From Myxococcales bacterium (GTDB taxonomy: Bacteria; Desulfobacterota; Binatia; HRBIN30): a DNA stretch of 44,430 nt. Made by a program: the position numbers and the translations under genes. The stretch is taken from the NCBI GenBank assembly GCA_037445065.1, contig JBBILD010000028.1:1-44430 (forward strand), in the 5' to 3' direction. Numbering within the stretch: position 1 is the first letter of the stretch; the number at the start of each line of letters is the position of its first letter. The notes under the pieces were generated by a model. It searched no databases. It saw nothing but the letters and a program-made list of their open reading frames with translations, and was not told the origin of the DNA. Below, piece after piece: positions 1-8,596 of this stretch.

Positions 1-561
1 CGGCCGCACCTGGTCCGCCGGACAGTCGTTGCCCACCCCGTCGCAGTTCTCCGCCACATCACACGGCCCGCTGGCAGAACGACACACAAAGGTGTTCGGC
101 TGCTTGGCATCACTGGGGCAAGTGGCACTCGTCCCGGTGCAGTTCTCCGCCACATCGCACACCCCAGCCGAAGCCCGGCACACCACCGTGTTCGGCTTGA
201 AGTTCTGCGGGCAAACCTTGCTCGTCCCCGTGCACGAGTCATCCACGTCACAGTCGCCCGCGGCTGCGCGGCAGAAGGTGCCGTTCGGCAACACTCCGTC
301 CGCAGGACAAGACGCACTCGTCCCGGTGCAGTTCTCCGCCGCGTCGCACAAATCCGTGGCGCTGCGGCAAACCACGCTCGAAGGCTGGAAGCCATCCGGC
401 GGGCAGCTGTTGCTGGTGCCCGTGCAAAACTCCGCCACGTCGCACGCCCCAGCCACCGCTCGGCACAGGGTGCCAGAGGGTGCAAACGTATCAGCCGGAC
501 AGCTCGCACTCGTGCCGGTGCACACCTCGGTCACGTCACACACACCGACCGAAGCCCGGCA
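1..561 (-). repeat. Six tandem ~31-32 aa disintegrin-like Cys repeats
   Basis: CRASVGVCDVTEVCTGTSASCPAD, CRAVAGACDVAEFCTGTSNSCPPD, CRSATDLCDAAENCTGTSASCPAD, CRAAAGDCDVDDSCTGTSKVCPQN, CRASAGVCDVAENCTGTSATCPSD, CRSASGPCDVAENCDGVGNDCPAD. Confidence 0.9.
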
Positions 562-1476
562 CGTCTGCCCGGCAGCACGAAACTGACAGCCCGACGTACA
601 ACACGAGGTCGGAGAGCCGTTGGCGCCGCCCAAGTCGCACTGCTCCCCAAAAGCTCCTTGCACTACCCCGTCTCCACACAGTTCCTGGAACGTCACCGTC
701 ACGAAATGCCCGTCGCTGCTCTGCGTCCGCGAAGGACTCCCAGGGTACCCGCACGCGCCGCAGCCTGTTGTGCTGCCATTCTGCTGCCCTAGCCGCACGG
801 CAGCTTCGCACGAGTTGCTACGTACGCTGCCACTCCAGGTAAAGGTCAGCGAATGGCTCTGGGCCACGCCCCCGCTGAACCGCTCGATGGTCGCCGTGCT
901 CCCGCTATTGATGTTGATCGTCGTACCACCCGAGTTGCCCGTATTGGCGCCGCCAAAGTTGTTCAGGGTACCGCTGGTGAGCGCAATGTTCGAGCTCCCA
1001 CTTACCCCATTGTGCGTGGCGCGTCCGTTACAGCCGCCGGCGTCGTTGTTTACCTGCGCCATGCCAACAGACCGCGGCTGAATCGTGAGCCGGTAGCCTT
1101 TCACGGCTGTGGCTGTGAACGACACGTTGTGCCGTGCCGTTCCGGCCGTATCCCGGGTGCTGAAAATTCCCACGTCCGCATTGATGTTCCAGGCGTAGCG
1201 GCTCTGGATCTGCGTGGCGGTGTTGATGGTGATCGAACTCGAAAAGCCACAGAAACCAGAGGAGTTGTTCGACCCAGAACAAGTACTCCCGCTGGTCGTC
1301 GAGGACGGCGAGGCGAGGCCCGCCCAACTACTCGGAGCTCCTGCGAACAGGAACAGCCATACAAGCGCAAGCCCGCGCAACGTCCCCCGCGCAGCTCTGC
1401 CGAGCCGTGCGCACCGTCTGCCGATAGACAAGTGGCTCGCGCACGCACCCTCGAAAACCCGGTCCTTCTGTGCCAT
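1..1476 (-). CDS. Secreted cysteine-rich protein with N-terminal beta-rich domain, Myxococcus-type Cys repeat and tandem disintegrin-like repeats (3' end beyond window)
   Basis: Manual translation: ATG 1476 after SD GAGGAGGG; open to position 1. Signal-like LALVWLFLFAGAPSSWA; CGDGVVQGAFGEQCDLGGANG; six CRxxxGxCDxxExCxGxxxxCP repeats. The plus-strand ORFs 29..586 and 620..1081 are its antisense shadow. Confidence 0.88.
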   Translation of the reverse strand, partial: MAQKDRVFEGACASHLSIGRRCARLGRAARGTLRGLALVWLFLFAGAPSSWAGLASPSSTTSGSTCSGSNNSSGFCGFSSSITINTATQIQSRYAWNINADVGIFSTRDTAGTARHNVSFTATAVKGYRLTIQPRSVGMAQVNNDAGGCNGRATHNGVSGSSNIALTSGTLNNFGGANTGNSGGTTININSGSTATIERFSGGVAQSHSLTFTWSGSVRSNSCEAAVRLGQQNGSTTGCGACGYPGSPSRTQSSDGHFVTVTFQELCGDGVVQGAFGEQCDLGGANGSPTSCCTSGCQFRAAGQTCRASVGVCDVTEVCTGTSASCPADTFAPSGTLCRAVAGACDVAEFCTGTSNSCPPDGFQPSSVVCRSATDLCDAAENCTGTSASCPADGVLPNGTFCRAAAGDCDVDDSCTGTSKVCPQNFKPNTVVCRASAGVCDVAENCTGTSATCPSDAKQPNTFVCRSASGPCDVAENCDGVGNDCPADQVRP

Positions 1477-1580
1477 TGCTCCCTCCTCGCCCTCTCCGGA
1501 AGGTTCTGGATCGGTCTCCCCTCGCTAGACCCAACTCTACCGAAGCGTCGCCAGCCTTCCTCCGAGCGTTCCGCCTCTTA

Positions 1581-1611
1581 CTCTTACCACACAAAGCTGC
1601 GTCTTTGTCAA
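1581..1611 (-). promoter_or_regulatory. Candidate promoter of the Cys-rich gene, with dyad ACAAAG-N6-CTTTGT
   Basis: Minus strand TTGACA-AAGACGCAGCTTTGTGTGG-TAAGAG (19-nt spacer). A second TTGACA lies on the + strand at 1631-1636. Confidence 0.45.
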
Positions 1612-1951
1612 TACAGAAACAGGTTTTTCCTTGACACCCCCAGCATTCCCCGTGAAGAGCGCAGGACTGGGCTCTGGACAAGGCGCCCCTCTCCAGGAAG
1701 CAGGCCGGACCCGCACAACGGAATTCGCTCCGGGTACTGGCCTGGCAACAGCGACTGGGACGCTGGGATTGCAGCTCACCATCCCTGTTGCTGCGTTGCA
1801 CGGCCCCCGGCCTTTCTTCGAGTCAGAGTTTCCACCTCCGCGGTCCCCGTTGCTTCCCGGCTCGTTCGTGAGCCATGCGTCCGGTCGCCGGTTCATCCAG
1901 GAACCCTGTAGCCGCGGCCGTGTGCCTCGCCGCAGCCAGCCAGTCCTCCCT

Positions 1952-1968
1952 CTGGAAATGCCCTTGCG
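1952..1968 (+). promoter_or_regulatory. Candidate sigma-54 (-24/-12) promoter
   Basis: CTGGAAATGCCCTTGCG = GG-N10-GC with TTGC, ~55 nt upstream of the ATG at 2024. Confidence 0.35.
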
Positions 1969-2023
1969 CCTCTGGCAACAGTGGCAAGTCAGTCCGGATG
2001 CATTGCTCTGTGAGGAGGAGAGG

Positions 2024-2506
2024 ATGGAAGAGATTCGTTTCGACGATATCGAACGACTGCGGTCCAAAATCAGCGAGCAGTTCGGACCATGGGGCCCTGA
2101 GGTCGAGGTGACGCAAGACATGATCAACCGCTTTGCCGATCTCACCGGCGATCACCAATGGATCCACGTGGACGTAGAACGCTGCAAGCGGGAGAGCCCG
2201 TTCAAGGCTCCGATTGCGCACGGCTTCCTCACCCTCAGCCTGATTCCCCGCCTGCGTGCGAAAAGCGACTTCCAAATCGTCGGCTACGGCAATGCCACGA
2301 ATTACGGCGCGGACAAGCTGCGCTTCACGGCACCGGTTCCGGCTGGCTCCAAGATCCACGCGCGCAGTCGCCTGGTGGCGGTAGAAGCCAAGCCGGCGGG
2401 CACGCAAGTGACCACGGAGATTCACGTGCACGTCGTCGGCCAGGAGCGCCCGGCGCTGATTTACGTCATGCACGTGCTCTACCACCCACCGGTGCGGCGC
2501 AACTGA
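2024..2506 (+). CDS. MaoC-family dehydratase (hotdog fold)
   Basis: FADLTGDHQWIHVD...PIAHGFLTLSL, NYGADKLRF; ATG 2024 after SD GAGGAGGAG. Confidence 0.92.
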   Translation: MEEIRFDDIERLRSKISEQFGPWGPEVEVTQDMINRFADLTGDHQWIHVDVERCKRESPFKAPIAHGFLTLSLIPRLRAKSDFQIVGYGNATNYGADKLRFTAPVPAGSKIHARSRLVAVEAKPAGTQVTTEIHVHVVGQERPALIYVMHVLYHPPVRRN

Positions 2507-2511
2507 GTCGG

Positions 2512-4941
2512 TTGGCGGCACTTCTCTCAGTCCTCTGCCGAACCACAAAGGCACCCCAGAAAGCGCGGGTATGCCTGCTCGGAGGCGTTTGCGCCTGGCT
2601 GCTGGTTGCCTGCCACCGCCAAGAGAGCCCTTCGCCGACCACGCCACGCTCCCGCGCCGACCAGAGCGGGATGGAAGCTCCTGTATATGCGGCGTGGGTG
2701 GAGCACGAACCGTGGCTCGACAAGGAGGAAGCAGCGGAGCGGCGGGTGCGTTATCTGGACATCGAACTCGGGCACCAAGTGTTTCCGCTACCGCCGCAAG
2801 GCCTCCCCTTCTCGCGTGCTCGGGCGCTGCTGCTCGACGACGACAAGCTCCTACTCGCCGCGGGCCGACGACTGTGGGCTGCGGAACTGGCCTTTCAGCC
2901 CGGCATGGTTGGGCGCATTTGCTTTTTGCACTCCTTTTTCTGCTTCTCCCAACTGTTCCAGGTACACTTCGCGGTGGACGGCACACCGCGACCCATCGCA
3001 GAGGATCAAGTGTCGGTGGTGCGGTTTCCGAGCCACACCCACATCCGATATTTGCTGCACCCGATCACGGTGGACGAGTTCAAGTTCATCACCGAGGATG
3101 ACCGTGCTGCCGCGGTTTACGAACTCCGCGCCGTTGATCAGAAACCGCACAAGGTGCGGGCCGACGTCTTTGCTCCCTACCTAACTCTACCCAACGCTGC
3201 GACACCGGGCCGCTCTCCTTTGCTCGGCAGCGGAAACTTCCAGCAGATTCCCCTGTTCGTCTACCTCGATGCGCCAGGTTTCTCGGACGACGGTGGCGGC
3301 TACACGCACTTGACGCAGGAATGGGAGGTACCCGCGAGCGGCGAGCCGGTGCGGGCATCGGTGGCGGTGGGTTTCGAGTCTGCCCCCCGGACGCGCGCCG
3401 TACGAGAGCAGGAGGTGGCGCTCACGGAGCACTCCCACAGCTACCACCGCTGGTTTGCGGACTACGTGCCGTACTTCGACTGCTCCGACCCCGGCTTCAA
3501 GCGCATGTGGTACTACCGCTGGTGGCTGGTGCGCTTTAACATGACGGAGGCGAACACGCCGGATCTCTCGGGCTACCGCTTTTACGAGGGTAAGCTCGGC
3601 TTCGACAACGCCATTACCTTCGCTCTGCCGGTACAAATCAAAGAGCTCACCTACCTGCGCGATCCCAAGTTCGCAGTCAGTCAGGTGCACAACGCGTACC
3701 GAAACTTGGCACCCTCTGGGGCTTTGGTGGACCCGCCGGGCAGTCCGTACTGGGGCGAAACCTATTCGCACTGGACCGCAGCAGCGGTGTGGGAACTGCA
3801 TCTCGTGCATCCCTTTCCGCTGGCAACGCTACGGCAACTGCTCCCGCAAATGGCGCGCGACGTGCGTGCCTGGGTGACGAGTTTCGACCCTGATGGCGAC
3901 GGCCTGCCACAAAGTGGGCGGCCGCGCATCACGGGATACGATCTGGACATCCTCTCCTACTGGTTTTTCAACGGCCTGCGCATCGACCCGCATGCGGAGC
4001 CCGCGGAACTCGAGCGGGTAGACTTTGCCAGCTTCGTGTACGCCAACGCACGGGCTTTGGCGGCACTCGCCCAGTCCGCTGGCGATGCCGCCACCGAGCG
4101 CGAATTCGCGGCCGTAGCGGAACGCGTGCGCGAGGCAGCCCTACGTGCCTTCTGGGACGACGAGACGCACTTCTTTTACCCGCGCCGGGCAGCAGACGAC
4201 CAGCGCGCGCCGATCCGCGAACTGCACGGTTTCTTCCCGTTCTTGACGGAGCTTGCCCCCGATGAGCCGCGCTATACGCAAGCACTCCGGTATTTGATCG
4301 ACCCGGAAGAGTTTTGGGGTCGCTTTCCACCTGTGATCACGAGCCAAGTCCACTACCGCCAGTGGACCTGGCAGATGGACGGGCTCACCCGCAACATCGC
4401 CCCTCATCCGATCAGCATGGGGGCGCGCCTCATCCTGCAGGCCATCCACCGGTACCACAACCACCCAGTGGCGCCACATCACTTCATGGAACTACTCCAG
4501 CGGTACAACCAACTCGTCTATCCCGGCGTGCATCCGTACGACCCGTATTGGCGTCCCAACGCGCACGAATATTACTCCAAGTGGGAACCGCACCAACCCT
4601 CGGCCAAGCCGAAACCTTCCGACATCTCCCATGACTTCCACTCGATGTACAACGCCTTGATCGTGGAAGGAGCGGTGGGTCTGCGACCGCGCCCTGACGA
4701 CTGGATCGAGCTCCACCCACTGGCGCGGGAGTGGGATCGCTTTCTGCTCGACCGCTTGCGCTACCGTGGCCACGACCTCACGATCGTTTGGGACCGCCCC
4801 GATGGCCAGCGGGCTTACCCCAAATTCGACGAGGGCTTTTCCCTCTACCAGGATGGCCAGCGGTTGTTCCATGACACCGAACTCCGCCATGTTCTGGTGC
4901 ACGCTTATACAAAGGAGGTGCGCGACGGCACGGAACGGTAA
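2512..4941 (+). CDS. Probable lipoprotein glycoside hydrolase, (alpha/alpha)6 barrel, GH63/MGH1-like
   Basis: Lipobox LLVAC; WYYRWW, DPDGDGL, VDFASFVYANARALA, FWDDETHFFY, AHEYY, HDFHSMYNALI, LRYRGHDLTIVWD. Start uncertain (TTG 2512); the upstream part of the tracked ORF overlaps maoC. Confidence 0.75.
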   Translation: MAALLSVLCRTTKAPQKARVCLLGGVCAWLLVACHRQESPSPTTPRSRADQSGMEAPVYAAWVEHEPWLDKEEAAERRVRYLDIELGHQVFPLPPQGLPFSRARALLLDDDKLLLAAGRRLWAAELAFQPGMVGRICFLHSFFCFSQLFQVHFAVDGTPRPIAEDQVSVVRFPSHTHIRYLLHPITVDEFKFITEDDRAAAVYELRAVDQKPHKVRADVFAPYLTLPNAATPGRSPLLGSGNFQQIPLFVYLDAPGFSDDGGGYTHLTQEWEVPASGEPVRASVAVGFESAPRTRAVREQEVALTEHSHSYHRWFADYVPYFDCSDPGFKRMWYYRWWLVRFNMTEANTPDLSGYRFYEGKLGFDNAITFALPVQIKELTYLRDPKFAVSQVHNAYRNLAPSGALVDPPGSPYWGETYSHWTAAAVWELHLVHPFPLATLRQLLPQMARDVRAWVTSFDPDGDGLPQSGRPRITGYDLDILSYWFFNGLRIDPHAEPAELERVDFASFVYANARALAALAQSAGDAATEREFAAVAERVREAALRAFWDDETHFFYPRRAADDQRAPIRELHGFFPFLTELAPDEPRYTQALRYLIDPEEFWGRFPPVITSQVHYRQWTWQMDGLTRNIAPHPISMGARLILQAIHRYHNHPVAPHHFMELLQRYNQLVYPGVHPYDPYWRPNAHEYYSKWEPHQPSAKPKPSDISHDFHSMYNALIVEGAVGLRPRPDDWIELHPLAREWDRFLLDRLRYRGHDLTIVWDRPDGQRAYPKFDEGFSLYQDGQRLFHDTELRHVLVHAYTKEVRDGTER

Positions 4942-5053
4942 GCCGACGGCTCCGGCGCTGACCCGCAGCGAAGCCGGCCGATCCTCTGAGCGATCCCGCC
5001 AACAACACCCGCCGTATCATACCGAGAGTCTCATCCTGGGCCCGTTCGGGCGG

Positions 5054-6160
5054 GTGATGCTGGCGAACTTCGCGTTCTTCATGAACTTCGCGTCCTTCTT
5101 CTTGCTCCCCTTGTTCGTGAAAGAACTCGGCGGAAAAGAAACAGCGGTCGGTTGGACGATGGGCTCAGCCGGCGTAGCCACCTTACTGAGCTTGCCCTTG
5201 ATCGGCCGGATGATTGACCGAGTCAGCCGCCGCCGCATGTTCCTGCTCGGGGCCACCAACATGAGCGCGGCAGCCATCGGGTATCTTTGGGTGCGCGACA
5301 TCGGCTGGGCCTTGCTTCTGCTCCGCCTCTGGCAAGGGGTGAGTTTCGCCGCAGCATTCACAGCGTCCACCACGTTGGCGGCGGAACTCGCGCCGGCCCA
5401 GCAGCGTGGGCGAGCGCTGGGCTGGTTCGGCGTTTCCACCTTGCTCACCCACGGCTTGGCACCAGCGCTGGGAGAAGAGGTCTTGCATCGTTGGGGTTTT
5501 TCCACCCTCTTCTTGCTCGCGGCTAACTTTTCGCTCCCCGCCTTGTGGGTCATGCGCAGCGTTCCGGAGGCGCCGAGGTCGCATTCCCTAGCGGCAACTA
5601 CCCAAACCCTGCCGGCCCATCTGTTTCTGCTCGGTATCGTCGTGTTGCTGTTTGCAATGGGCTTTGGCGTGGTGACCACGTACGCTGCCAGCTTCATCCG
5701 GGGAGAACAATTGGGCAGAGTCGGTGTGTTCTTCTCCGCCTACACCCTAACCGCCATTGGCGTACGCATCGCTGGCGGGGGACTGTCGGACCGCTTCGGC
5801 CGCAAAGCGGTGGTCATTCCGGCCCTCGTGCTCCTGGGCGTTTCCGTTGCCGCTCTCTCCACAGTGCACTCGGCGCGCGCACTGTTCGCGGTAGGAGTTC
5901 TGTTCGGACTGGGGCAAGGGATTGCTTACCCAACGCTGCACGCGTTCTTGGTGGACGTCGCGCCTGCGTCTCTCCTGGGCCGCGCGCAGGCGCTGTTCAA
6001 CGGCTCCTTCAATCTCGGCGTGATGAGCAGCGCATTCGTCTTCGGACCCATAGCGGACCACTTGGGTGCGCGCACCATGTTTCTGCTCGCCGCCACCTGC
6101 CCGTTGATCGCCGCGGCGCTCTTCCCAGGCGTGGCAAGACTCGGTAAATCGCCCTTTTAA
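5054..6160 (+). CDS. MFS transporter
   Basis: Multiple hydrophobic helices; MFS loop motifs GRMIDRVSRR and GGLSDRFGRK. The start may lie somewhat upstream. Confidence 0.9.
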   Translation: MMLANFAFFMNFASFFLLPLFVKELGGKETAVGWTMGSAGVATLLSLPLIGRMIDRVSRRRMFLLGATNMSAAAIGYLWVRDIGWALLLLRLWQGVSFAAAFTASTTLAAELAPAQQRGRALGWFGVSTLLTHGLAPALGEEVLHRWGFSTLFLLAANFSLPALWVMRSVPEAPRSHSLAATTQTLPAHLFLLGIVVLLFAMGFGVVTTYAASFIRGEQLGRVGVFFSAYTLTAIGVRIAGGGLSDRFGRKAVVIPALVLLGVSVAALSTVHSARALFAVGVLFGLGQGIAYPTLHAFLVDVAPASLLGRAQALFNGSFNLGVMSSAFVFGPIADHLGARTMFLLAATCPLIAAALFPGVARLGKSPF

Positions 6161-7062
6161 TGGCACAGCAGCGATGGGTCCGGTACCGCGTGGGGACAGC
6201 CTCGTGGACCGATCCGACTCTGTTGGCCTCTGGTTTCTACCCTCCGAGCGCCACCAGCGCTGAAGCGCGGCTGCGCGTGTACGCTTCTTTCTTCGACACG
6301 GTCGAGGTGGATGCGACCTACTACGCGCTACCGAGCGAGCGGAACGCCCTCTTGTGGGCTCAGCGCACGCCGGCGGACTTTTTGTTCCACGTGAAGGCGT
6401 TTGCGGCCCTGACTGGCCACACCGTCGAACGATCGCGGCTGCCGCAAATCTTGCGCTCCCAACTCGGTGAGGACGGTGCAGCCTCGGAGCGAGTGAAGAT
6501 CCCACCGGGGGAGCTGTTGGACACCTGCTTTGCCATGTTCTCCTCAGCGCTGCGGCCGCTGCGCAAAGCACGCAAACTGGGCTGCCTGTTGTTCCAGTTT
6601 CCACCTTGGTTCACCGCCAGCGCAGCGCACGAGAGCTATCTCGAGCACTGTCGCGAACGGCTCAGCGAAGACCGCCTGGCCATCGAGTTTCGCCACGCCA
6701 GTTGGTTTGAAAACGCGCCACGTACCGAGCGTACCCTGAGCTTGTTGCGCGAACTCGGGCTCGTGTTGGTCGCACTGGATTTGCCTGAAGCTCCTAGCTT
6801 GCCGCGCACGCCGTACGTGGCAACCACGGATGTTGCTTACATTCGCCTCCACGGGCGCAACCGGCGGGCGTGGTTCGGCCGCCATGACTCCGCCGCCGAG
6901 CGTTTCCGCTACCTCTACTCCGAGGAGGAACTGGCCGAAATTGTGCAGCGCGTACGCCGGATCGAGGAGGCAAACGAGGTCAACGTGATTTTCAACAATT
7001 GCTATTCCGACTACGGCGTGCGGAACGCACAAACGTTCCAGCGACTGCTGCTGCGTCAGTAG
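6160..7062 (+). CDS. DUF72 domain-containing protein
   Basis: VGTASW, TVEVDATYY, FHVKA, LLFQFPPWF, AIEFRHASW, YIRLHGRN, FRYLYS, FNN; start overlaps the MFS stop (TAATG). Confidence 0.92.
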   Translation: MAQQRWVRYRVGTASWTDPTLLASGFYPPSATSAEARLRVYASFFDTVEVDATYYALPSERNALLWAQRTPADFLFHVKAFAALTGHTVERSRLPQILRSQLGEDGAASERVKIPPGELLDTCFAMFSSALRPLRKARKLGCLLFQFPPWFTASAAHESYLEHCRERLSEDRLAIEFRHASWFENAPRTERTLSLLRELGLVLVALDLPEAPSLPRTPYVATTDVAYIRLHGRNRRAWFGRHDSAAERFRYLYSEEELAEIVQRVRRIEEANEVNVIFNNCYSDYGVRNAQTFQRLLLRQ

Positions 7063-7140
7063 CAGCCGCTGTGCGCCGCAGCAGAAGTGCAGGTCCCCGC
7101 TCGGTTGCACCACCCGTCCGCTTTTGCCAGCTTGGACGCG

Positions 7141-7470
7141 ATGTTGCGCTGGCGCTTTTCCACTGGCCTCCTGCTCGGCCTCGCCGTCGGTTTGCCTGCT
7201 GGAGCGCTGATCGCCTTACTGCTGCAGCCGCCGGTCCGTGGCCATGAAGAAGTGGAACTTCAGTTGCGGCAGCTCGCGCGGGAACTGGAGCGGGAAAAAG
7301 AGGCGCGAGCGCGTGCCGACCGGCAGCTCGAGCAATTCACCGAGTTTGCCGAGCGGATGACCGTCTCCTTCCAAAAACTCGAGCAGCGCTTCGCGCAACT
7401 GGCCGAAGCAGCAGCCGCAACTCCAACGGCGTCCTCGCCCGAAACACCGGCTCAGGGTGCGAGCGACTGA
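7141..7470 (+). CDS. Hypothetical membrane-anchored coiled-coil protein
   Basis: N-terminal TM (GLLLGLAVGLPAGALIALLL) followed by an E/R/Q-rich heptad segment. Confidence 0.7.
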   Translation: MLRWRFSTGLLLGLAVGLPAGALIALLLQPPVRGHEEVELQLRQLARELEREKEARARADRQLEQFTEFAERMTVSFQKLEQRFAQLAEAAAATPTASSPETPAQGASD

Positions 7471-7527
7471 CGGCGTTGCGGACCGACGGCAAGTTGGGGG
7501 ATCGCGCGGCTTTTCGATGGCCACTGA

Positions 7528-7556
7528 GTGACAGCTCTCGCGCGATCCGGTACGAT
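7528..7556 (+). promoter_or_regulatory. Candidate sigma-70 promoter
   Basis: GTGACA-N17-TACGAT upstream of the LLM gene. Confidence 0.45.
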
Positions 7557-7619
7557 CGCAGGAGCAGGCAACACACGTAGCGCGAAGGCTGCCTCTCGTA
7601 GGAAAAGGATGAACGAAAA

Positions 7620-8558
7620 ATGAGCACGCGAAACATTCGATTCGGCATCTTTGCACCGCAGGTCGGGCAAACGTGGCCGCAGATCCGCGAGCTGGCGCAA
7701 GCTGCAGACAAGTTCGGCTTCGACTCCATTTGGCTCGTAGATCACATGTGGATGCGCGGCTTACCGGATCTCGACCACCTCGAGGCATGGACGGTGATGT
7801 CAGCGCTCGCCGCCGTTACCAACCGCATTCGCATCGGCACACTGGTGTTGTGCAACTCCTACCGCAATCCCGCTTTGCTGGCGAAGATGGCCTCCAGCCT
7901 CGATCAGGTAAGCCAAGGACGGTTCGTGCTGGGGTTGGGAGCTGGCTGGATGGAAGAGGAGTATCACGCCTACGGGTACCCGTTTCCGCCAATCCGCGTG
8001 CGGCTCGAGCAACTCGAAGAGGCGCTGCAAGTCATCAAGCGCCTGTTTACCGAGAAAAGAGCCAGCTTTCTGGGTAAGTACTACACCGTGACCGACGCGC
8101 CCAACCAGCCAAAACCAGTGCAAAAACCCGGCCCGCCGATTCTCATCGGTGGGGCTGGCGAACGCAAACTCCTCCGGATCGTGGCCGAACATGCAGACAT
8201 CTGGAACTGCCCCAACAATGTTGCACCGTTGCTGCCGCAGCGGCTCGAAGCTTTGCATCGGCACTGCGAAGCGGTCGGGCGGGACCCGAGCGAAATCGAA
8301 GTGTCCGAACAATCGGTGTTCATCCTCGGCAAGGACGAGCGAGATCTTAGCGACAAGATTGCCATGGCGCGGGCACTCATCGGGCACACCTTCGACATTG
8401 ATCAAACCGCACTCAAAGGCACTCCGGAGCAGCTGGTCGAGGCCATTCGCGCCCGCCACGCGCAAGGTGTGTCATTCTTCATCGCGTTGTTCGGCGACCT
8501 CAATCGAATCGAATCGCTCGAACTGTTCGCCCGCGAGGTCCTACCGGCCTTCCGCTAG
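7620..8558 (+). CDS. LLM-class (luciferase-like) oxidoreductase, probably F420-dependent
   Basis: GFDSIWLVDH, RIRIGTLVLCNSYRNPALLAKMASSLD, GLGAGW, PPILIGGAGE. Confidence 0.9.
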   Translation: MSTRNIRFGIFAPQVGQTWPQIRELAQAADKFGFDSIWLVDHMWMRGLPDLDHLEAWTVMSALAAVTNRIRIGTLVLCNSYRNPALLAKMASSLDQVSQGRFVLGLGAGWMEEEYHAYGYPFPPIRVRLEQLEEALQVIKRLFTEKRASFLGKYYTVTDAPNQPKPVQKPGPPILIGGAGERKLLRIVAEHADIWNCPNNVAPLLPQRLEALHRHCEAVGRDPSEIEVSEQSVFILGKDERDLSDKIAMARALIGHTFDIDQTALKGTPEQLVEAIRARHAQGVSFFIALFGDLNRIESLELFAREVLPAFR

Positions 8559-8596
8559 TCAGCGCGGCAGGCTTCGCCCGCGTGGAGAGGAGTTTT

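Noticed and set aside
1..561. ~96-nt periodic DNA repeats as a CRISPR array
   Set aside because: The units are degenerate, in frame and conserved at the protein level; there are no identical repeats with unique spacers and no cas genes.
29..1081. Plus-strand ORFs 29..586 and 620..1081 with repetitive sequence
   Set aside because: They are antisense shadows of the minus-strand Cys-rich gene; the same applies to minus-strand ORFs 41940-44392 over the right-hand gene.
1631..2023. N-terminal extension of the MaoC ORF; also the GH ORF from 2158 and the ALDH ORF from 33697
   Set aside because: The extensions look non-protein-like or overlap other genes. Strong SD sites sit at the downstream maoC and ALDH starts, and the GH lipobox points to a start near 2512.
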